NCBI GenBank assembly: GCA_943788655.1 | Contig: CALSRB010000007.1 | Location: 149,774 to 213,773, forward strand | DNA from: Candidatus Poseidoniaceae archaeon | GTDB taxonomy: Archaea; Thermoplasmatota; Poseidoniia; Poseidoniales; Poseidoniaceae | Reading direction: 5' to 3' | Length of the DNA: 64,000 nucleotides | Part shown: in pieces, positions 35,948 to 44,700 of the stretch | Layout: each line of letters opens with the position of its first letter | Position numbering within the stretch: the first letter of the stretch is position 1 | Translations under genes and position numbers: made by a program | Notes under the pieces: model-generated | Databases searched by the model: none | Told to the model about the DNA's origin: nothing | Seen by the model: only the letters and a program-made list of their open reading frames with translations

Positions 35948-38476
35948 TCAGTTCCTCCTTTCCAAGAAAAGTAGGCTCAGTGAACCAACACCGATGAGCA
36001 ACAGAACAAAGCCAAGAATTGAACCGCTGAGGCCACCTTCAGAGGAAGTGGAGTCGGTGGTTGCTGGGACTTGGACGGTCACAGTCGACGAGGCACCCTC
36101 CTGCAGTGCAACACCATCGATAATTGGCCGAATGGTATAGACGGTGTCACCGGATGTAAGTGGGGTGTCGGCATAGTGTAGGTCAGTGACTGAATCAATA
36201 ACGATGCCGTTTCGCTCGATGCTAAAGTTCGCATTTGGTCCATCGTATGCCCATGTGAGATCGACCAATTGACCCTTCAACGACCAATCCAGCTCTTGGA
36301 TGGTGGGGCCTTGTACTGGCGTAAACGAGAAGGTCGTCGATGCTTGGTCGCCTGAATCATCCTGAACCGTGAGTTGAACCGTTGTAATCGTCGTTGGAGC
36401 GAAGGTTGCTGTGGCGCCTGTGGCGGTTCCACTACCCCCTGCTGTGTCTGCCCAAGACCATGCGAATGTGACGATTCGCCCGTCGGTGTCAGTGGAATCG
36501 CTTCCATCGAGCGTGAGGATCTCACCAATCCAAATGGTGGGCGTTGGATTCGTAATGATTGCCGTGGGGGCGAGGTTTAGAATCGTGACCGTTTGGAGAA
36601 CTGGCGAGGAGGAGGCTTCACCATCGTGGGCAACGACTTCTGCTGACCACAGTTGACCGGGGCCAAGCAAGGCAACCGGTACTGATGTTTGATTGGCCAG
36701 TGAGGCCTCGAGGAATCCGTTTCTGTACCAATGAACAGAATACGTGACTGCATCATCGTCTGCGTCAGTGGTGCTGATGACGGCGTTCAATTCGTTGAGG
36801 CTCGAAGCATCATCGTTCAACTCAACGGATGCCGAAGGTGCCGAGTTGACGATTGAAATCGTTGCTGTGAGCGTGTTATCACTGAGGTCCACGCCGTCGT
36901 TTGCTCGCACTTGTACCGTCCATTGCTCGCCTTTCGAAGTCTGTTCTGAAGGGAGGTTGAGGCTTTGATCAAGGGCGGAAATGCGCACACCATCTTTGAG
37001 CCAAACCACATTCGGAGCAACCGGTGCGTCGCCATCGATGTCGGTTTGTGTGATGGAAATGGTTGCGCTTTCCAAGGTGGTGAGGCTCGTGTGTGATGCC
37101 TCGATAGAGGTTGCTTCGGGAGCTGTGTTTCCAATGGTGATCGGACTTGTCGTAGCCCATGAAGACCATGCGTTGCCATCGCTCACTCGAACGCGGGCTG
37201 ACCAAGTTTGGCCTTTTTCGGTTGAGGTTGACGGTACATCCGTTCCTTGGTAAACGGTGTCCAGTACGCCATTTCGGTACCACTCAATTTCTTGGCGGAC
37301 TTCCGCATCGTTGTCTGCATCAGCATACACATACGTGACAGAAAGAGCATCGGTGGTCGTTGGCGTAAGCGGAGAAATGTCAACCGTGACGACCTCAGGC
37401 GGTGTGTTCTGCTCCACGCTTCCGATTTGCACTGTTTGAGCTGCTTGCCATGCTGAGGTCGCTTCGCCGTCGTCCACGCGAACTTCCATGGACCAGTTTT
37501 CACCATTCCTAGTTGCATAGGAAGGGACTGTTTGGCTGTTATCAAGATCGGAAATAACCGAGCCTTCGAGCAACCAGCGCGTCTCGTAGGTGAGGATGTC
37601 TTGATCTGCATCAGAGGCGCTCGCGCTGTAGGAAAGATTGTCATCTGATTCAGGGGAGCTCGGCTGAATAGTTGGCGAGCCAACCGTAGGAATCGTATTG
37701 GCAATCACGAGCGTGTTGCTTGTGACGCTCGTACCGGCATCCGACCCATCCGAAGGCGTCACAACAGCGTACCATTCCTGATTTTTAGCAGTCAGTGACG
37801 ACGCTGCTGTTGTGCCAGCGTTCGTGATCTGAACGCCGTCCCTGAACCAATCGATTGTCGTTCCAGATTCTGGGTCGTTGTCTGCGTCATTGTACGTGTA
37901 CGAGAGGCTCAGTGTCGAGGCGGTGGTTGCTCCGTTTGGACCGAGGAGGAGGTTGCTGGCCGTCGGCGCGGTGTTCGGCGCAGCGCCTGCTTCGGGTACC
38001 TGATAGGTCGCTGTTGCCCAGCGGTCGCCGTTGTAGTTCGTGCTGCCATCGGCAGTAAGGCCTGCCACCGAAAGGGTTGCTTGGCCGGTACCAGCAGATG
38101 GTGCTGTCCAGTCCACGCTCCAACTTCGCTGGTTGCTGCCGGTGATGGAGTGGGTTGCACTTGTCCCAGCACTGTTGACATTGACTGAAAAGGTGGGCCC
38201 GGTAGAGAGGGAACCATGACTGATCTCGAGGCTAAAGCCGCCCTCGGTACCAGAAACGCCTCCCGTAGCAGAGATGGTCAATGTGTATGTTGAGCCTGGA
38301 GTATAGGAAGCGGGGTGGCCACTGATGGATACGGTGGCCGCGGTTGACCCACTTTGTGAATGGCATGTGCAGCCTGAACTTTGGCTGTACTTGCCACCGG
38401 AATTTCCTTCAGTCAATGGAACGACTGAGAGCAGGAGAAGGGTCACGAGCAAAACGGGAACTCGTACCGAACGCAT
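35948..38476 (-). CDS. surface protein with an N-terminal reeler-like domain (GCTCH motif), five tandem repeats of about 95 aa, a PKD-like domain and a C-terminal TM
   Basis: ATG at 38476 gives MRSVRVPVLLVTLLLLSVVPLTEG. SSGCTCHSQSG...YTPGSTYTLTISATGG...GGFSLEIS...WSVDWTAPSAG is reeler-like. The repeats carry D-x-D-x-D ... W(F/Y)RNG ... KG(Q/E)xW ... V..DG. The C-terminus is ILGFVLLLIGVGSLSLLFLERRN. The ORF-track extension to 38698 would overlap ligA. Confidence 0.6.
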   Translation of the reverse strand: MRSVRVPVLLVTLLLLSVVPLTEGNSGGKYSQSSGCTCHSQSGSTAATVSISGHPASYTPGSTYTLTISATGGVSGTEGGFSLEISHGSLSTGPTFSVNVNSAGTSATHSITGSNQRSWSVDWTAPSAGTGQATLSVAGLTADGSTNYNGDRWATATYQVPEAGAAPNTAPTASNLLLGPNGATTASTLSLSYTYNDADNDPESGTTIDWFRDGVQITNAGTTAASSLTAKNQEWYAVVTPSDGSDAGTSVTSNTLVIANTIPTVGSPTIQPSSPESDDNLSYSASASDADQDILTYETRWLLEGSVISDLDNSQTVPSYATRNGENWSMEVRVDDGEATSAWQAAQTVQIGSVEQNTPPEVVTVDISPLTPTTTDALSVTYVYADADNDAEVRQEIEWYRNGVLDTVYQGTDVPSTSTEKGQTWSARVRVSDGNAWSSWATTSPITIGNTAPEATSIEASHTSLTTLESATISITQTDIDGDAPVAPNVVWLKDGVRISALDQSLNLPSEQTSKGEQWTVQVRANDGVDLSDNTLTATISIVNSAPSASVELNDDASSLNELNAVISTTDADDDAVTYSVHWYRNGFLEASLANQTSVPVALLGPGQLWSAEVVAHDGEASSSPVLQTVTILNLAPTAIITNPTPTIWIGEILTLDGSDSTDTDGRIVTFAWSWADTAGGSGTATGATATFAPTTITTVQLTVQDDSGDQASTTFSFTPVQGPTIQELDWSLKGQLVDLTWAYDGPNANFSIERNGIVIDSVTDLHYADTPLTSGDTVYTIRPIIDGVALQEGASSTVTVQVPATTDSTSSEGGLSGSILGFVLLLIGVGSLSLLFLERRN

Positions 38477-38550
38477 GGATTTTGCTGTGCCGTGGCCTAT
38501 GAGAGTGTTTTGGTTGGATGATTGAACAAACGAGGCTTTCGACACCCGTC

Positions 38551-40719
38551 TTAGAAGTCCGTTAACGAGGCTTGCTGGGTGCCCACGGTTGCCGACGGCG
38601 GGGCCGGTTCCGGAGGCGAGGGCGGCGCTAATTGCTCGGGCTGGCCAGAAGGTATTGGCCCTGCTGCGCATGCTCGAAGAAGGTCTTCTTCGTTCCAAAT
38701 CGTGATCCCTAATTGCTCCGCCTTTGCCCGTTTTGAGCCTGCCTTTTCGCCAGCGACAAGAACGTCGAGTTGTGAGGAGACGCTGCCGACGACTTTGCCG
38801 CCTGCGGCTTTAATCGAGAGTTGTACTTCCTTTCGTGGACGTTGAAGAGAGCCGGTGAGGCACAGGGTCATACCAGCCAAAGGCCCGCCTTGCTCAGGTT
38901 TTGGCTCGTCGAGCACTTCAATCAGCGATGCTAAGTCGAGGATCATCCCCTTTCTGTTCAGCAAACCGTCGCGAACGAGAATTGCAACTTTACTTCCAAT
39001 GCCGTCAACCTCGCACAACGCTCGAATGGCTTGATTTTCTGTGTAGGGTTTGCCTTTTTCGTTGAGGGTCGGGCCAAATTCTGCTGAATCTGGTTCCGCC
39101 ATTGCATCTTCTGCCCATTTCATGATTGCATCAAGCGTTGTGAATCGCTGTGCGACTGAGGTAGCAAGTTCGGGACCAATGCCTGAAAGACCCATGGCGT
39201 GAAGGAAGCGTCCGAGTTTGAGAGAGGTTGTCTTCGAGAGTTCGTTGAGGACATTAAGCGCTGATTTTTCGCCCATCCGCTCGATGTTTTCCAATTCTGC
39301 TTGTTGGAGACGATACAGGTCTGGAATGGTTTGAATCAAATCCAAGTGGAGCAATTGGTCGACTAACTTCTCCCCGATGCCGTCCATTTCGAGGCTTCGG
39401 CACCAATAGAGAATTGCGCGACTTGTACGGGCGTCACACATCATGTTGGTGCATCGGATGAACGCTCCATCGGCCTCGAGCGATGCTTCGCATGCTGGGC
39501 ATTGGTTCGGCACCGCAATCGCTGTTTTTTGAGGCATCTCTTCTGTGAAAGGAGTCCCATCTGCATGGCTACGGTTGTTGAGATCTTCTAGCGAACCGGG
39601 GCCAAGGCTTGCCTCAATTTTGGGAATGACGTCACCACGACGAACAATCAACACACGGTCGCCTATCTTGACACCGAGGCGTTCAACTTCACCCACATTG
39701 TGCAGTGTAGTGTGTTCAACCGTTACGCCGCCCACCGACTGGGGTGCGATCCTCGCAACGGGGGTGACGGCCCCTGTTCGCCCCGTTTGCCAAGTCACAT
39801 CGAGAAGAATCGAGGTTGCTTCCTCGGGCGGGAATTTCCATGCTAATGCCCAACGTGGATGATGTGCTGTTGATCCGAGCCGTTCGCGTTGAGCCAAATC
39901 GTCCAACTTGAACACAATACCGTCGATCTCAAACTCATAGTTAGGGCGTTTCGTGCTCCATTCAAGCGTGTAATCGATCATATCTTGTTGAATGGTTGAA
40001 GATTCGAAAACCTGCCACGGAGCAGGTTTGATTCCAATTGAATCCTTCAAGAATTCGAGCAATTCGCTATCGTATTGCACATCGGGGGAATCGGATACGA
40101 ATTTGACATCGTACGCACAAAACACGAGGTCAGAAGCGCTGGCTTTCCCGTCCCCATGTTTCTGCCGGAGCGCACCAGAACAGAGGTTTCTCGGGTTTGG
40201 TGAGATGTGCTTGTACTTTTTTTCAAACACGTCCAATGGCATGACGACTTCGCCACGAACATGGCAATTGACTGGCAAGTTCAGGCGCGTTGGTATGTTC
40301 GCCACTTGCTTTGCATTCAGCGTCACATCTTCACCGCGCTCGCCACTTCCGCGTGTCGCAGCCCGGTGCAAGTTTCCCGCAACGTACTCAAGCGATAGAG
40401 CCGAGCCGTCGAGTTTCGGTTGAGCAAGGTACCGAGTGCCACCGAATGTGGACTGGTTGACAAAGTGGAGAATGTCTTCATCGGTCGTTCCTTTGTCAAG
40501 GGAACGCATTGGAAATTGGTGCTCGACCTTGACCGTTCCCGGCAAGGGCTCTGGCCCAACTTCGTGAAGCACTGCGTGGTCGGGATCCAATTGCTTGAGC
40601 TCATCCCACAACGCATCGAAATCGGCGTCTGAGATTTCGGGGGAGGCTTGATTGTAGTACAATTCTCGATGGTACCGGACCGCCTCGGCCAGTTGTCGAA
40701 CGCGCTCCTCCCCGGCCAT
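38551..40719 (-). CDS. ligA: NAD+-dependent DNA ligase (bacterial type)
   Basis: Adenylation motif AQPKLDGSA, OB fold, Zn finger CPACEASLEADGAFIRCTNMMC, HhH region and BRCT (GMTLCLTGSL...VLVAGEKAGSKRAKAEQLGI). The ATG at 40719 is preceded by GGTGAT. Confidence 0.9.
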   Translation of the reverse strand: MAGEERVRQLAEAVRYHRELYYNQASPEISDADFDALWDELKQLDPDHAVLHEVGPEPLPGTVKVEHQFPMRSLDKGTTDEDILHFVNQSTFGGTRYLAQPKLDGSALSLEYVAGNLHRAATRGSGERGEDVTLNAKQVANIPTRLNLPVNCHVRGEVVMPLDVFEKKYKHISPNPRNLCSGALRQKHGDGKASASDLVFCAYDVKFVSDSPDVQYDSELLEFLKDSIGIKPAPWQVFESSTIQQDMIDYTLEWSTKRPNYEFEIDGIVFKLDDLAQRERLGSTAHHPRWALAWKFPPEEATSILLDVTWQTGRTGAVTPVARIAPQSVGGVTVEHTTLHNVGEVERLGVKIGDRVLIVRRGDVIPKIEASLGPGSLEDLNNRSHADGTPFTEEMPQKTAIAVPNQCPACEASLEADGAFIRCTNMMCDARTSRAILYWCRSLEMDGIGEKLVDQLLHLDLIQTIPDLYRLQQAELENIERMGEKSALNVLNELSKTTSLKLGRFLHAMGLSGIGPELATSVAQRFTTLDAIMKWAEDAMAEPDSAEFGPTLNEKGKPYTENQAIRALCEVDGIGSKVAILVRDGLLNRKGMILDLASLIEVLDEPKPEQGGPLAGMTLCLTGSLQRPRKEVQLSIKAAGGKVVGSVSSQLDVLVAGEKAGSKRAKAEQLGITIWNEEDLLRACAAGPIPSGQPEQLAPPSPPEPAPPSATVGTQQASLTDF

Positions 40720-40750
40720 GTTCAATCACCGAAGCCAGAGGATATGAACA

Positions 40751-41179
40751 TCACGAAAATTGCAATCCGAGCAACTCAAAGTCAGCCAACGGGCAGCGAG
40801 TCATGACTGCATGCGTGAGGATTCGAAGATGTAATTCTGCAACGACGTGAACCGTTGCTTGAAACATATGACCTGCGTGAACATTGTTGTCGTCATCAGA
40901 CCAGCAACAGTGGATGTGTGTGAAGGCTTTTCCTTCTTGTGTGCGGGCAATATTTCCCGAGAGACTTACCATTTCCGAAGGCATTTCCAGAGGCCGGCGC
41001 TGGTAGACACCTTGCTCGTTCATGTAGCCATATTTGTTATCTCGAGTTCGCCCAATTCCACTTGTAATAGCCGCTGCATCAAAGCCAACCTCATCCGCAA
41101 GCGACTGAAGCGATGCGTGAATTTCTTCATCTGGGTCAATGCGTACAAACAGGTCCTCTCCGCTGCGGGTCCATTCCAT
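40751..41179 (-). CDS. PPC (DUF296) domain protein
   Basis: 142 aa. EMVSLSGNIAR...AFTHIHCCWSDDDNNVHAGHM fits the PPC/DUF296 pattern (E..SL.G.i....HlH......v.GGH). Confidence 0.65.
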   Translation of the reverse strand: MEWTRSGEDLFVRIDPDEEIHASLQSLADEVGFDAAAITSGIGRTRDNKYGYMNEQGVYQRRPLEMPSEMVSLSGNIARTQEGKAFTHIHCCWSDDDNNVHAGHMFQATVHVVAELHLRILTHAVMTRCPLADFELLGLQFS

Positions 41180-41215
41180 GGCGGTTCCAAAGCAACCCGC
41201 TTATTGAGAATAACG

Positions 41216-41785
41216 CTACTCCTCTTGTGCAATTTTCCCAGAAGAGGCCGGCCAAGACTTCTCTTCATCGAGGGCGATTTCTATCCTTGAACGGGCCACT
41301 GAAAGGTCATTTTTGTCACCACCAAGCGGGAGCGGCCCGAAGATCCCCCAGCCCTTCCGCAACAACATAATCCGACGCGCCGGTTGTCGTTTGGAAAGCC
41401 TGAGCCGGCCCCACTCGTAGCGTTGACCATCAGCAAATGCATGAGTTCGAGTGACAGCGTAGCGCTTGGGTACGAGCAATGAAATGATGTGCAATCCAAG
41501 GCATACATCCCAAGCAATCGCATAAGCGGGGTTTGTGTTCGAAACGCCAACGAGCCCCCATGGAAGCACCATCATAGCTGCCATAGAACCGAGGTTACCC
41601 CATTGACGAATCACTTCCTGTGCCCCTTCGCTTTCCCAAGCAAAGCCACCGTTTGGCAACTCGCCAAGGGTGGGTACATCAAGGCGCTGGCGAGTTAACC
41701 AGAACGCATCCCAAATCACAATACCAAACAAGACTGCAACGGCAACCCCTGCAAAGACGTCTGGATTCGGAAGTGAGGGTTCCAT
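41216..41785 (-). CDS. hypothetical membrane protein
   Basis: Two or three N-terminal TM segments, then a basic soluble C-terminal domain. No family recognised. Confidence 0.5.
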   Translation of the reverse strand: MEPSLPNPDVFAGVAVAVLFGIVIWDAFWLTRQRLDVPTLGELPNGGFAWESEGAQEVIRQWGNLGSMAAMMVLPWGLVGVSNTNPAYAIAWDVCLGLHIISLLVPKRYAVTRTHAFADGQRYEWGRLRLSKRQPARRIMLLRKGWGIFGPLPLGGDKNDLSVARSRIEIALDEEKSWPASSGKIAQEE

Positions 41786-41794
41786 ACAGACACC

Positions 41795-44700
41795 TCAAAG
41801 GTGGGTGAGGTCAATCTCGCCAAGGTCATCGCCGCCACCCTTGCGCATGCGAACCAAGAACAGAACAACGGCCACAGCAATCAAAGCGATGAGCAGAAGT
41901 GTCCCTGTTTCAAAGTCGTCTGTGTCCTCAACGGTTGTTCCTTCCATGGTATCAGGGATACCGTCGTTATCATCGTCTTGATCTGCAAAAAGCCAAGTTG
42001 TGATGCCGTCTGGGCAATTGACGTCATCCGGTTGCCCGTCGCCGTCCGTATCAATTGAAGCGCAAGCGTCCAAAGGATAGTCGTCCCGTGCATCCGGTAC
42101 ACCATCGTTGTCATCGTCGGTGTCTTCTTGATCTGGCCCACATGGATAGCCAATAGCGCTGTTGAACCACACATTGGTTTGTTGCGTGTAGGTGCATGAA
42201 GGAGTCCAGTCGCCGTCTGTGTCGAGTTGGGTGATTTCAAAATCCACTGCGTCGGAGGTTGAAGCGCCCAACGCATCGGTCACCTTTGCTTCGAGGACAT
42301 AAAATCCGTATGGAAGGTCGGTGATGTTGTACTGTGCTTCATTTGGCCCGCGTAGGACTTCTTCACCGGATGCATCGGTAATGATCCATTCAATGGTGAG
42401 TTCATCGATTGAATCAAGGTCATCGCTGTAGGTCACTTGAGCATTCAACGGGGTGGTTTCCATGACCCTTTGACCTGAATACGGCGTTGTGATTTCAACG
42501 ATGGGAGCGCCGTTGAGAGCCATGAGGATCACGATCGAGGTATTCATGCCTTCCGTGTAATTGACGGTTAAGGTCTGGATTGGAAGCCCTGGTGCCGTAG
42601 CTTGTAGGTTTACCGAAGTCAATGTGGTCGTCGAAGACTCATCTGCAATGATGATTGGGAGTTCAACCAAGACAGAAGTGCCTTCGACCTGTGTCGAATG
42701 TCCCGAAGTGTGACCTGTCGTTCCAATCGCAAAGATCACCTCAATCGGTACGCCGTTGACTTGAGCATCGAAGTTGAAGGTGGTCCACATGTGAATTGCT
42801 GCGCCATCGTATGCTGATGTCTGAGTCGCCATGACGTCGACAAGGTTGACGACGATCGCACCTGAAGCCGCCACCTCTCCTATGATTGAGCCGCCTTCAA
42901 TCCGAGCCGAATAATGGTCTGCAGAAAGCACAACTGATGCCAAGATATCGGGGGAACGGAACACAACTGGGGCGATGGACCCGTCGTCAACATCTGCGTG
43001 CAAATCAATCGCAACAGCGTAGTTTGCAGCACTCAGGCCTTCGACGATGAGGCTATCCATGGTGCGACCATGGTGGCTTGAAAAGGCGGTTCCTGTGCCT
43101 TCACCGTTCAAAATGAGGCCGTCAATAATTCCAGCTGTTTCATCAAAGTCGACAGCGGGTGCGCCCGACACTTGAACTGTGTTCAAATCGATAAAGCGAT
43201 TGTTGATTCCTGCAAGGCCGCCCATTGACCCAACGGTTCCATTCAGATCGGACACTGTAAAGCCTCCATCAATGGATTCCAGCCAGCCAACGTAGCCGCT
43301 TCCATTGAACGCAGTTGCATCGATGTTGTTCATGGAACCGGTCACGGCTGTGACTTCAAATCCATGCGTCATTTCTCCGCTGAAGGAAAGGCCATCAACA
43401 TCCACAACGGATTGACGAGCCCACAATCCAACGCCATTGCAATTGACAAGGGAGACATCTGAAAGGATGAGGGTTCCTTCAGTAGCGATGGTATTGATGC
43501 ACCCGCTTCCGGCATCATAGAGAGTGCTGTCGGTGAGTTCGACCGTTGCGTTGCTACCGCTTGTAATGACAATCAGTGGGTCGGCGCCAGAGGAGCGTGC
43601 AAGTTCAGTTCCAGCTGCGCTCAGTTGACCGAATTGGGAGACGGTCAAAGCGGGTGAGGCTTCCAGCACCGATGAGGCTGAGAGATCAATCGTTGAGGAA
43701 GTCAGGGAGCCAAGGTGCAACCCACCCCAGCGAGCGCCTTGACCAGTAGAAGAAAGTGTAGCATCGCCAACATCCATAGCGCCGTCCACGGTGATTGTGC
43801 GGCCTTCTGAGATTCGCACAGATACACCGTCATCGATGCTCAGTGTTCCTGTTTGGCTGACGGTGAGGTCGGCATCGAGGAAGTAAGGGCTCCATTGTGA
43901 TTCCAAGATTAGCCACTCATCGAGCGAGCCGCCAGTAATTCTTGAAGCCATGAAGGTGTGATCCAGAGAGGTTGACGAATCCCAGGTGACAAAGTCTGTA
44001 AACGAGCCAATTTGAAGATTGACGTTCTTGATTCCGCCAGTTGTTTCACTGCTGTCTGTGACTTCACGAGCCGTAGCAGTGGTGCTTAGGCGGCCTTGGT
44101 CGTCTGTTGAAGCAACCGAGCCGTCCACGGAAATGAGCGCACCGGCAACCGGTTCGCCTTGGTCAAGAACCCTGATGTTAAGTTCCGAGAGGACATTCAG
44201 CGACGCTCCTGTGAGCGCCGTGACTGTTCCCGAAATCGAGCCTGCCACGAGGTCATATTCGCAACCGGGTTGTAAGACAAGGTTGCCGTTGATGTGAACA
44301 CGTTCAGAAGTTCGAAGGCTCTGACAAGCCCATGATACGTTTCCTATGACGTCGAATCCGTCTTCACTGTTTGACGACAACATGCTGTCAAAGCCCATTG
44401 AGAAACGATGTGCGGCAATCGTCGAAGCATCGCCCATCAGTTGAGCGCTGCCTTGGACACTCACCAAGCCGTCTGTAGGAAGAAGGAGGGTCGTGCTGTC
44501 GAGTTGGAGGCCGCTACCGGTTTCAAGGGTTAAATCGCCAGTGAGGACGTGGGGGCTGCCGTCAGGGCGGGCGCCGAGATAGACAACTTGACCGCTCGTG
44601 ATGGTCCAGTCGCCCTGAGGAATCACCGGAACTTGAACAGACTGGCCCATGCTTCCCCCGTAGAGGGTGACCCTCACGCCGGCACCGCCAAGACTGACGT

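Noticed and set aside
38477-38698. N-terminal extension of the repeat-protein ORF (track start 38698)
   Set aside because: The extension overlaps the ligA 3' end by about 150 nt and precedes a textbook signal peptide that begins at the ATG at 38476. Similar trimming was applied at 30951, 30892, 33359, 46519, 7057, 7464, 8140, 29262 and 48218.
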